Source: a virus
Lineage: Duplodnaviria > Caudoviricetes
Virus record (IMG/VR): IMGVR_UViG_3300037467_002029
Location: 18,212 to 82,211 of that record
Length of the DNA: 64,000 nt
Strand: one strand, 5' to 3'
The position numbers and the translations under genes are program-made. How positions within the stretch are numbered: the first letter of the stretch is position 1; every line of letters starts with the position of its first letter. Below, one piece after another: positions 9,564-17,993 of this stretch. The notes under the pieces are model-generated. The model saw only the letters and a program-made list of their open reading frames with translations. It ran no database searches and was not told the origin of the DNA.

Positions 9564-10460
9564 TTACCGCGTGCGCCCCGCGCCGTGGACTTCCTGCCAC
9601 TTCCAGCGGTTGCCCTGAAAGCCCTGCTCGATGCGCTTGAACACGGCGTTCGGCATCGCTCGTGTCAGGAAATATCCGATGAACGGCTGGATTGTCGGCC
9701 GAAATGGCACTGTCTGCGGATTGCCGCCAAGGCGCCACGCGGCGCGCTCGCCGAGCATCGCCAGAAGCCCTGAGCCCCGCGGGTTCGAACCGAAATCACC
9801 AAGTCCTCCCCCGCCGAGCGCCGGCAGCATTCCTGGGGTGATCCGAGTCATGGCTTGCACGCGGATTGTCGCGATCGCGATCTTCGTGTCCGTATTGCGA
9901 CTGTAATTCGTCGCGACCAATTTGGTGCTTCCGAGATCTTTTCGGTTCAGCGAAGTGTGCCTGTTGACCGAAACAGTGATGCCGCCGAAGGCGCCGGTCC
10001 ACGCCTTTGGCGAGCGGAGTCCGCCAAGCACGGCGCCCGTCCGCTGGAACCATGCGTCACCTGCCCACTTGCGGGCTTGCATGTAGGATGGCTCGCGCCG
10101 CGGCCAGTCGCCGGTGAGTGATCGGACAAAGGTACCATTGAGTCCCGGCATGCCTTTCATCGCGTCGGACTCCGGCGCAACAGTGGACAGCGTCCCCGTT
10201 GGGCCTCGATTTCGGCCGGCGATGCCGATGACGTGCGTCATGAAGAGCTGGGCCATGTGATCGAGCTCACGCTCGATATCTGCCTGCATCCGTTCCTGGA
10301 CCGTGCGCTTCAGCAGGTCGAACATTTTGTCGCCGTAAGAGACAGCGAAATCTTCAACGATCACCCGGGCGAAATTTTCGAAGCCGCGCGGCCTCAACTC
10401 CGAAGTGGTGGAGCCACCCTTCAGATGGTTGAACCTGAACCGTATCCTAAAGCTGGACAT
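9564..10460 (-). CDS. Neck/tail-completion virion morphogenesis protein (putative)
   Basis: 298 aa, basic; C-terminal RPTIQPF resembles HK97 gp10-like endings. Partly positional. Confidence 0.45.
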   Translation of the reverse strand: MSSFRIRFRFNHLKGGSTTSELRPRGFENFARVIVEDFAVSYGDKMFDLLKRTVQERMQADIERELDHMAQLFMTHVIGIAGRNRGPTGTLSTVAPESDAMKGMPGLNGTFVRSLTGDWPRREPSYMQARKWAGDAWFQRTGAVLGGLRSPKAWTGAFGGITVSVNRHTSLNRKDLGSTKLVATNYSRNTDTKIAIATIRVQAMTRITPGMLPALGGGGLGDFGSNPRGSGLLAMLGERAAWRLGGNPQTVPFRPTIQPFIGYFLTRAMPNAVFKRIEQGFQGNRWKWQEVHGAGRTR

Positions 10461-10488
10461 GGGGACTCTGCTCTCTCACGCCGGCTGC

Positions 10489-10926
10489 ATGGCGAAGCTC
10501 TACAGCACGGTCTACAAATCCGTCGTCCGCGCGGTGAACGACCTGGTCAAGGACATTCAGTCCACCGTTGATCCCCAGGCGCTCTACTGGGCCTGGGAGA
10601 ACCGAGACGACGAGGACAAGCTGCCTCGCGTGATGCTGGTCGGCGCCAACGGGTTCTCGTTCGACGAGAACCTCGGCCAGTGGCTGATCCGCTTCGGCGT
10701 CACGCTATCGACGGTCGACGACGCCAACCTGTTTCAGGAAGCCGATATCATCGACATGATCCACGACCGGTTCGGAGAGAAGCAGAAGATTTCACTCCGC
10801 GATCCTGACGACGGGAGCATCACGAACGAGCTCGTGTCAGTTCACTGGGAGGTGCTGCCGATGGTGCAGACCCAGGTCAGAAATTACCGCTCAATTGGCG
10901 TCGAGCTGCGGCGCACCGGAACCTAA
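10489..10926 (+). CDS. Putative tail terminator-like structural protein, inverted relative to its module
   Basis: Phage-like codon usage and a beta-rich protein (KLPRVMLVG...WLIRFGVTLST). ATG at 10489, alternative 10459. Confidence 0.5.
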   Translation: MAKLYSTVYKSVVRAVNDLVKDIQSTVDPQALYWAWENRDDEDKLPRVMLVGANGFSFDENLGQWLIRFGVTLSTVDDANLFQEADIIDMIHDRFGEKQKISLRDPDDGSITNELVSVHWEVLPMVQTQVRNYRSIGVELRRTGT

Positions 10927-11210
10927 CAGCCTTCCATCACAGGGTCGGTCTTGCAGGCCGAACTGTGCAGCTCGGCCTGGTCAAGCTCATGCCGTTTCAT
11001 GTCCCGGGCAATCTCAGGGTCGTTGGCGATCTTGTTCGCGAACTCGCGCGCCGCACTGAGCTCAGCCTTCGCCTGCTCAGGGCTTTCACCCTCATGGATC
11101 TTCTGGAGATAGATCTGAGCTTCGGCCTTCGTATAAGCATCGTCCGCGTCGGCTTGGGCCTTCGAGCACGCGGCCAGGGCCAGCGCGATAAGCAACACGG
11201 ATGCTCTCAT
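10923..11210 (-). CDS. Small lipoprotein
   Basis: MRASVLLIALALAA-C signal peptide with lipobox; 95 aa. Confidence 0.65.
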   Translation of the reverse strand: MRASVLLIALALAACSKAQADADDAYTKAEAQIYLQKIHEGESPEQAKAELSAAREFANKIANDPEIARDMKRHELDQAELHSSACKTDPVMEGC

Positions 11211-11226
11211 GGAGCCGGTGTTTAGC

Positions 11227-11925
11227 TTAAGCGGTGGTTCCTGTCACCGGGTCGTCGCGATTGATGGTCTGAACCAGCGATCCGAAGCTGCCGGCCAGAT
11301 CGAGCTCTGGGTTCACCGCGGCAATCCCTTCGGCAATGTACTGATCGAGCTGGCCGCGGATCATGTTCCAATCGATCTTCTCGCGCTGGAACTGATCGGT
11401 GCCCGAGCTCTGCTTGGCAGCAAGCTTGACTTGCAGCGCAGGGATCTGACCAATTGCGGCTGTGGCTTCGATGGCGTCGCGTGCCTTGAGAGCAGCTGAT
11501 CCAGCTGCGGCATCGAGCGCTGCCGCGGTGACTTGATCACGAAACCGGCTGTACGCCCCGACCAGGTCGATCGCTTCGTCTTCGAGCTCGTGCGTCTCGA
11601 GGCCAAGCTTGTTGCGAACGCCGCCCTCAGAAACTCCGAGAGGAAGGAAGGCGTCCAACCGATAGCGAAGCCGGCCGCTCTTCAGCAGGCCGGCAACGGT
11701 GTAGCTCCAATGCAGCTCCCGCGGCTCGGACAAAGCTCCAGCCTCGATAATTCCATTGTCGACCGCAGCCACAGCGATGACCGACGAAACGGCGGACGGG
11801 GCAGGCGTGACGGTGCCGTTCGTGACTTGCGAACCGGTGCCGTTGAGCAGCTCCCAGGTGATGTTGCCGTCCGGGAACCCGTCCGTGAACTCCACCAGTT
11901 GGGTGAGCGCCTGCCCCGCGCGCAT
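11227..11925 (-). CDS. Head-tail adaptor/connector (putative)
   Basis: 232 aa downstream of the capsid gene. Call is positional. Confidence 0.5.
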   Translation of the reverse strand: MRAGQALTQLVEFTDGFPDGNITWELLNGTGSQVTNGTVTPAPSAVSSVIAVAAVDNGIIEAGALSEPRELHWSYTVAGLLKSGRLRYRLDAFLPLGVSEGGVRNKLGLETHELEDEAIDLVGAYSRFRDQVTAAALDAAAGSAALKARDAIEATAAIGQIPALQVKLAAKQSSGTDQFQREKIDWNMIRGQLDQYIAEGIAAVNPELDLAGSFGSLVQTINRDDPVTGTTA

Positions 11926-12227
11926 TACTTGGCGCCGCGCCTGTTGCGAGCCGTCGGGGGCGCAACCGCTCCTTCAGTGATCGTTTCCGTGCCGGTCTCG
12001 CCGGTCTCGCCGGTCTCGCCGGTCTCGCCGGTCTCGCCGGTCTCGTCTACGATCGGAACCTCTTCGAGGTTAACTGCACCGATTTCCCGCAGATCGCCGT
12101 TGTCGAGGCGCTCTTGAATGAAAGCGGTGTGGGGGACGGTGGGATGCTCTCCGGGCAGAATCTCGCGGCCGGAAATGCGGTCCAGCAGCATGAAGTTGCC
12201 GGTGGTCTCGACGGTAATCTCTTTCAT
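11925..12227 (-). CDS. Small head-associated protein with (ETG)6 tract
   Basis: 100 aa, GGAG RBS, directly after the capsid terminator. Confidence 0.6.
   Translation of the reverse strand: MKEITVETTGNFMLLDRISGREILPGEHPTVPHTAFIQERLDNGDLREIGAVNLEEVPIVDETGETGETGETGETGETGTETITEGAVAPPTARNRRGAK
11991..12044. repeat. 9-bp tandem repeat GCCGGTCTC x6
   Basis: Six exact copies starting at 11991, 12000, 12009, 12018, 12027 and 12036; encodes ETG x6. Confidence 0.95.
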
Positions 12228-12294
12228 GGGATCTCCTATCCACAGGACTGGCTCGGCACATACATCGAGGGCCGCAACCGGGGTGCACCAGTAG

Positions 12295-12328
12295 AAAAGC
12301 CCCGAGGTTCGTGTGAACCCCGGGGCTT
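12295..12328 (-). terminator. Intrinsic terminator after major capsid gene
   Basis: Minus strand AAGCCCCGGGGTTC-ACAC-GAACCTCGGGGCTT-TT. Confidence 0.8.
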
Positions 12329-12330
12329 CC

Positions 12331-12347
12331 TAGTGACTAAGTCAGTT
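12331..12347. promoter_or_regulatory. 17-bp palindromic element
   Basis: TAGTGACTAAGTCAGTT, between the capsid stop and its terminator. Confidence 0.75.
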
Positions 12348-12354
12348 CAACCGA

Positions 12355-13563
12355 TCAGGGATCGGCAGTGACTGCGTCGAGGTTCAGAATGTCGCGCGTG
12401 TCGGCGAAGACCAAACGGTAACCCGCATTCTTCGTCTTGACGTAGCGAACCTTCTGGTTCTCGATCGAGCGGACCGACTCTTCGATGTCCGAGCCGTTCT
12501 CGTTCAGCTCTTCGACCGTTTCGCCCTTGATGAAGCCAACGAGCTTCGACGCAGGGGCGGACGAGGACACCTCGAAGTTGACCTTCTGGTTGAACCGCGG
12601 GTTCTCGATCGCGACTTGGACGCCCGCCTTCGCGAGCACGTCAGTCATGGTCATGCCCTGGTACTGCGGCGTCGCAAACATGCGCTCCCACTCGAAGAAC
12701 ATGTCCCAGTTACCGAGGACCGTGTCGACCGGCACGCCCGCCTGAGCGCGGGTGATCAACCACTTGAGGAAGATCTCCCAGTTCATGCGGCCGGCGGCGA
12801 TTGCGCCATTCCCGATGATCGACGCAGCGAGAGTGGAAGCGTTCGTCACGCTTGCCGCACCGTTGACGCCGTCGCCGTTGATCAGGAGATCGGTGACGAT
12901 ACCGACCTGTCCGATCTGCACCTCACGCTCGATGCGGTTTGCATACGGCGTGACGATGTCGAGGCTGATGCGACGCTCGAATTCGTAGGTGAACTCGTAG
13001 CCACCGCCGAACTTGTGGAACGTCACCGACTTGCTGTCGGTCTTCAGCGAACGGATCGGAATGCGCGCGCCTTCCGCGATCACGCCCGTCTGCTGATAGT
13101 CCTCGGCCTTGTCGTCGACAACGCGAGTGATCAGTTCGACACCGTTGGTGCCGCGGCTGTTCGCCAGCATGCCGCTCACGCTCTCAATCGAGCTCTGGCG
13201 ATACTTCCACTGGACGACGTCATCGACGACTTCCGGGAAGAACGCGCGGGTACCCGGCTTGAACTGGAAGGTCTCGGCCGCGGCTTGCAGCACGATGCCC
13301 TGATCGAGGTCGTCGCGGAACGGAAGGCCAAGGTGCGCGAGCGCCACCTCATAGCCGTTCAGACCCGAGCCCTTAAAGGCACCGACGTTCGGGTCGATCG
13401 CGAGACGACAATAGTCCCGCATCGACAGCCCCGCGTTCTTCGCAGTCGCGACCAGCTTCTGACCAGCGTTGAGGGACTCAGACGGGTTGTCGCTCAGAAG
13501 CCCGGCGAGCACCTGATCGGCCGGCCTGCGGTTCCGTGCGATTTCAAGGAGAAGAGGGTTCAT
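12355..13563 (-). CDS. Major capsid protein
   Basis: 402 aa after the protease and decoration genes; IAEGARIP...KFGGGYEFTYE HK97-fold-like pattern; strong terminator downstream. Confidence 0.85.
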   Translation of the reverse strand: MNPLLLEIARNRRPADQVLAGLLSDNPSESLNAGQKLVATAKNAGLSMRDYCRLAIDPNVGAFKGSGLNGYEVALAHLGLPFRDDLDQGIVLQAAAETFQFKPGTRAFFPEVVDDVVQWKYRQSSIESVSGMLANSRGTNGVELITRVVDDKAEDYQQTGVIAEGARIPIRSLKTDSKSVTFHKFGGGYEFTYEFERRISLDIVTPYANRIEREVQIGQVGIVTDLLINGDGVNGAASVTNASTLAASIIGNGAIAAGRMNWEIFLKWLITRAQAGVPVDTVLGNWDMFFEWERMFATPQYQGMTMTDVLAKAGVQVAIENPRFNQKVNFEVSSSAPASKLVGFIKGETVEELNENGSDIEESVRSIENQKVRYVKTKNAGYRLVFADTRDILNLDAVTADP

Positions 13564-13578
13564 TTTGGGTGGTGCTCC

Positions 13579-14019
13579 TTACAGGCTCTCGACGACAGCG
13601 AAGTTGCTGCCAGCGATGGTGACGAGGGCGACCACGATGTTGACCTTGTGGTCGGGCGTCTTGGCGGCGCCGCTATTCGAGGCCCGAACCTCACCGTTGC
13701 CAGCGCCGACGACCGTGTCTCCACGGGCAACGACATTGAACCCGGTGAGCCCGGCCTTGATCGGCAGCAGCTCCTTGAATTTGCGCGCAACCGAACCGGT
13801 CTTGCCGGCGCCTTGCTGCGAGCGGTCCTCGTAAGCGTTAAGACGACCATCGATGGGATCGCCGTCACCGGCGAGCTTCATCGTGGCGTCGGCGGTCGCG
13901 TCGAGCGTGAGGGCCTTGCCAAGATCGGTCTGAGCGACAGCGCCGCTGATGTTGTAGGTGAAGATGAAGTCGTCGAGCGGGAAACCGTACGAGACTACCT
14001 TCCGCGGGTCATAAGTCAT
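13579..14019 (-). CDS. Capsid decoration/cement protein (putative)
   Basis: 146 aa, Gly/Ala-rich, between protease and capsid genes. Confidence 0.6.
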   Translation of the reverse strand: MTYDPRKVVSYGFPLDDFIFTYNISGAVAQTDLGKALTLDATADATMKLAGDGDPIDGRLNAYEDRSQQGAGKTGSVARKFKELLPIKAGLTGFNVVARGDTVVGAGNGEVRASNSGAAKTPDHKVNIVVALVTIAGSNFAVVESL

Positions 14020-14034
14020 TGTCGAGGGTCTCCC

Positions 14035-15183
14035 TTATCGACGGTTGGTCTTGAAGGCGGACAGGCTCGCGGCCGGCTTCGCCTCGGTGGCACCCGAGCC
14101 AGCGCCGCCTTCGGAAGCGCCACCCGCGGGAATGATGGCCGTGAGGCCCCTGGTTTCGGCGTCGATCGCCGCGGTCAGATCCGCGACGGTCGTCGGAAGG
14201 TTCTCAACCGACTTGCCGGCTGCGGTGAGCAGCTTGGTCAGCGAGGCAGTGAGCCAGGTCGTGGCGGCGTCAGCGTCGGCCGTACGGTTCGCGGCGACCG
14301 CATTGTCCCGCTCGGAGGTGAGCGTCGCGATCTGCTCGTTCGCGGCGGTGAGCTGCGTCTGGAGTCCCTCGGCGCGCGTATTCGCGGCGGTGAGTGCAAC
14401 CTCATGACCCGCAGCGGCGGCTTCGAGCACGCCGACCTTGGTCTTCGCGTCGATGAGATCTGCCGTAAGCTTGTTCGTATCCACTTGGTCTTCTCCTCGT
14501 GATGCCTGGCAGACCAGGCCGTCGATTTCGAAACCGCGGGCGGCGAGGCGCTGCGCGGATGCAGGCGCGAGCTTTGACGCCGAGCGACCCACAATTTTAG
14601 GTTTGTCCGCTGCACCGCGGGCCACCAGGCTGAGCTCGATGAGATCGGCGAGGCCGACCATGTTCACATGGACGCCGTCTTTTCCGATCTCATGATCGTT
14701 CGCGCAGGTGCGGGTGTAGAAGTTCTCGAAGTTCGCGCCCTCGCCGAGGTAGTCCCAGCCGCACTCCGAACAGAGGTAGGATGTCGGAAGGAACGAGATC
14801 GACACCTCGTCCAGCACGCTTTGATCGATGTCGTCGGCGAGCTTCGCTTCGGACGCCGCGAGATAGAAAAGCGTGCGGAGCTCGAACGAGCCGTCCGCGG
14901 AGTAATCGATGCCCGCGTCGACCACGCGCCCGTTGGGCATGTTCGACATGTTGTGGTTGGTCATCAACGGGATCGTGTTTCCCTTGTTGATGAAATCGGA
15001 GATCTGCTTGAGGGTCAGCGGGGTCGCAACCGCGCCTTCCCAGATCGTACCCTTCTTGCCGGGGAGTGGCTTGTTGTTCAGCGAGATCGCTTCGAAGACG
15101 GCGATCCCCTCAAGGCTCGTGTCTTCACCGACACGGTCCTTGATCAGCTGCTGCAGTTCGGGGGTGAGCTGGAGGCGCTTCAT
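14035..15183 (-). CDS. Prohead protease with C-terminal scaffold-like coiled coil
   Basis: EVSISF and ELSLVARGA motifs, followed by an Ala/Thr/Glu heptad-rich tail. Confidence 0.72.
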   Translation of the reverse strand: MKRLQLTPELQQLIKDRVGEDTSLEGIAVFEAISLNNKPLPGKKGTIWEGAVATPLTLKQISDFINKGNTIPLMTNHNMSNMPNGRVVDAGIDYSADGSFELRTLFYLAASEAKLADDIDQSVLDEVSISFLPTSYLCSECGWDYLGEGANFENFYTRTCANDHEIGKDGVHVNMVGLADLIELSLVARGAADKPKIVGRSASKLAPASAQRLAARGFEIDGLVCQASRGEDQVDTNKLTADLIDAKTKVGVLEAAAAGHEVALTAANTRAEGLQTQLTAANEQIATLTSERDNAVAANRTADADAATTWLTASLTKLLTAAGKSVENLPTTVADLTAAIDAETRGLTAIIPAGGASEGGAGSGATEAKPAASLSAFKTNRR

Positions 15184-15348
15184 ATTCCGAGCGCCTACGC
15201 GGCCACTCAGGGGCTCTTCGAGGAAAGAGCCGTCAACCGCTGTTCACCGCGACCGTGTCTCAATCTGAAACCGAGCTTTTCTTGCTCTGATTGTGAACCT
15301 TCGTTAACTACGCGCGGCTCAACACTGCATCAACAGAAGGGTTAGCCC

Positions 15349-16077
15349 GTGCAAGCCGTAAGTAACCTTCGTCACGCAGCCGGCCGAACCGTCCGCAATC
15401 TCAGGCGCAACCGCGTTGGCGGTGTCGGTCATGATTTTGCTGGCGACATTCGATTGCGGCTTCCCCACCTCGATATTCGCACCGTCTTTGACATCGGCGC
15501 CCACATCGGACTGACCGCAATCGAGTTCTCGGACGAGTTCCCGCAAGCCACGGTACACGCTTTCGAGCCGCACCCCGGAAACTTCTCCCGGATGCAATCG
15601 AACTGCGCCGGCAAGCCAGAGGTAAGGTTCTACAATCTCGGGATCGGCGCAGAACCTGGCACACTCCCGTTTCATTTCGACCCCGAGCACCCGACAATGG
15701 CCCGCGTCGTCAGCAACGGAGAAGAGGTCACGGATACCGTGGCGATCGATACCGTTGACCGCCTCTGCGACCAGCTTGGAATAACCCGCATCGACTTCAT
15801 GAAGATCGACGTCGAGGGTCATGAAATTCCGGTTCTGGAGGGAGCGATCAGGATGCTCAGCGAAGGCAGGATTTCGCTTCTCAAGCTCGAAACCGCCATT
15901 GACCCGGATCTCTCTTATCACACCCAATTGTGGGACTTGTGCGAACTCCTTCAGCCGCTCGGCTACCGTTTGTTCGGCTTCTACGACCAGTGGGAGAACA
16001 CGCTTTCAACTGAAAGCGCGAAACTGAGGCGGTTCGACGTGGCCTTCATCTCGCCGGGGATCATTCACAGAACCTAA
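15349..16077 (+). CDS. FkbM family SAM-dependent methyltransferase
   Basis: VFDIGAHIG, HAFEP and DFMKIDVEGHE..VLEGA motifs. Exact start uncertain. Confidence 0.88.
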   Translation: MQAVSNLRHAAGRTVRNLRRNRVGGVGHDFAGDIRLRLPHLDIRTVFDIGAHIGLTAIEFSDEFPQATVHAFEPHPGNFSRMQSNCAGKPEVRFYNLGIGAEPGTLPFHFDPEHPTMARVVSNGEEVTDTVAIDTVDRLCDQLGITRIDFMKIDVEGHEIPVLEGAIRMLSEGRISLLKLETAIDPDLSYHTQLWDLCELLQPLGYRLFGFYDQWENTLSTESAKLRRFDVAFISPGIIHRT

Positions 16078-17993
16078 TTGTGCACCGTCACCGGCCCCTT
16101 GGCGGTTACACCGAGATCGGTGACATGAATATTGTCGATCGATCCGGAGAAGTTCTTCAGACCCATGAAGCCCCACACGCCATCATCGGGCGCAGTGAGA
16201 TAGACCGTATATGAGCCGTTGGCGGTAATGTCCTTCGACATGCCGAAATTCTCCGGCGGCGTCGCGTGGTCCATCTGGTAGCTGTGACCGAAAATCTGCG
16301 GCGCGTCCGGTCCCCATTGGTTGTGGGGGACCTTCTGCGTGAAGCCGTCGCCGAGATCGTTGGTGCAGCTGTTGTGCGCCATGTTGCAATTGGCGAACCA
16401 GCGGGTGCGGACGCTATCCGACCACGCTTCCCAATAATCGGCGTGCTCGGTGCAGCCCGCCTGGCCGCCGGTATCGTAGCACGCTGCCATTTCATCGGAC
16501 GACAGTTTCCACTTCCCGTCGAGGAATGACTGATCGACCGTGTAGGACAGTAACAGGGAAATCTGCGGCAGCTTGACCGCGTGGGCTGACAGGCAATGAA
16601 CAATATTGTTACCCCAGCTGATGTGGTCACGGTGGTTCGGCGAGTCGACGTTCGTTCCGTCCCAGCAGGACGGCATGCCGATCGAGCGCGTGACACGTCC
16701 GCCAAGAGCGCAAACGTGGGCGTCCATGATCTCCTGGAGCGACGAATAGGCGCTGCCATATTGCGTGCCAGCTGGCTGTCCGCCCTCGCCGTTGGGGCCA
16801 CCAGCGCACTGCCACGCCCCGCTGATGCCGCGAATGCTGCACCGCTCAGTGGTTGAGTTGCCAACGCTTACGGTATCGGCCGGGCCGCAGTTGTTGTCAG
16901 TGGTGGACGTGGCGTTGAACGAGCCTTTGTAGCCAAACGTGAAGCGAAGGCTGCGTGGGACGTTCTGGCAGGTAGCGGTGGGAGAAAATTCGGCGCACAT
17001 GCTTGCGGCCGTACCCTGCGTTTCTCCTGCCGCCTTATAGGGCGAAATCAGCGTGATCGTCTCCGATCCGACCGTCATGGAATTGTTGAGCTGATATGTT
17101 CCGATCCCTCCAGACGTGCCCGTCAATTGCGAGACGATTTGCGTTCCGGCAGTAATACCCGTGCCCGTGATGAACTCGCCATCGGGGCTGATCGGATTGG
17201 TGACGCCTCCGGTTGCCGTGACGGTCAGGGTCGTCCCGGAAATAGAGCCGGTTAGGGAGACGCTCGAAGGTTGGGCGGGGTCAGACGGTCCCTTGTAGTA
17301 GACCAGCAGCGGGCCGGTTTTCTCGGCATCGCCGTTGCCGTCAAGGACTGCGGGAAACCAATAGCCCGAGCGGTTGATCGTGTTTTGTGGATCGGACGGG
17401 TTGCTACAGCTCGACTGCGCCTTCGTGCGGAAGTCGTTATAGGTCCAGCTGGGCTCCATGTTGGTCGCGCCGACGAGCTCGTGAAGGTGCGGCGACTGGG
17501 TGCCCGGATAAACCAGCGGATCGACGCGCTTGAAGCCGCCGCTGATGCAGCTGATACGCCACGAGCCGTTGCGCTCGGGATCGTCGCCGGGGCCGGTGGT
17601 GCTGCGAAGGATACCGCCGGCCTGCAATCCATTCGAGGTGGTGAAATTGTCCGCTACTGCCGAAACGGAAGCTGCGGTGATCCATGTTCCCGTGGGCGAT
17701 GACGGCATCTTCACGCCAGCGAAGGCACGAAGTTTGCCGGTCCCGGTGATGCCCGAAACGTCGAAGGTGATCTTGTAACGATGCAGCTTTTTGACGAGGC
17801 TGCTCATCTGCATGAGCATCGCCATGCGGGTCGCGCTCGAGGCGACGCACTTGGATCCGGTGACTGCCCACCCGCTATCCGGCATCCACGAACCGGTGCT
17901 GTCGCAGCCAACGTCAGTATTGATCTCGACGGCATATGCCGGCGCGGAGACGCCGACGATGAGCGCAAGCGCGAGAAGGAGTTTCTTCATCAT
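16074..17993 (-). CDS. Secreted DUF1996-domain protein
   Basis: Start ATG 17993 gives signal peptide MMKKLLLALALIVGVSAPAYA. DUF1996 motifs: RVDPLVYPG..SPHLH, NRSGYWFP, MPSCWDG..DSPNHRDH, HADYWEAW. Confidence 0.78.
   Translation of the reverse strand: MMKKLLLALALIVGVSAPAYAVEINTDVGCDSTGSWMPDSGWAVTGSKCVASSATRMAMLMQMSSLVKKLHRYKITFDVSGITGTGKLRAFAGVKMPSSPTGTWITAASVSAVADNFTTSNGLQAGGILRSTTGPGDDPERNGSWRISCISGGFKRVDPLVYPGTQSPHLHELVGATNMEPSWTYNDFRTKAQSSCSNPSDPQNTINRSGYWFPAVLDGNGDAEKTGPLLVYYKGPSDPAQPSSVSLTGSISGTTLTVTATGGVTNPISPDGEFITGTGITAGTQIVSQLTGTSGGIGTYQLNNSMTVGSETITLISPYKAAGETQGTAASMCAEFSPTATCQNVPRSLRFTFGYKGSFNATSTTDNNCGPADTVSVGNSTTERCSIRGISGAWQCAGGPNGEGGQPAGTQYGSAYSSLQEIMDAHVCALGGRVTRSIGMPSCWDGTNVDSPNHRDHISWGNNIVHCLSAHAVKLPQISLLLSYTVDQSFLDGKWKLSSDEMAACYDTGGQAGCTEHADYWEAWSDSVRTRWFANCNMAHNSCTNDLGDGFTQKVPHNQWGPDAPQIFGHSYQMDHATPPENFGMSKDITANGSYTVYLTAPDDGVWGFMGLKNFSGSIDNIHVTDLGVTAKGPVTVHN

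Noticed and set aside
12616-14502. Long antisense ORFs in the track (e.g. 12616-14502, 22148-23251, 28218-29711, 42411-43700, 50858-52144)
   Set aside because: These are shadow frames of real high-GC genes with no motifs or RBS.
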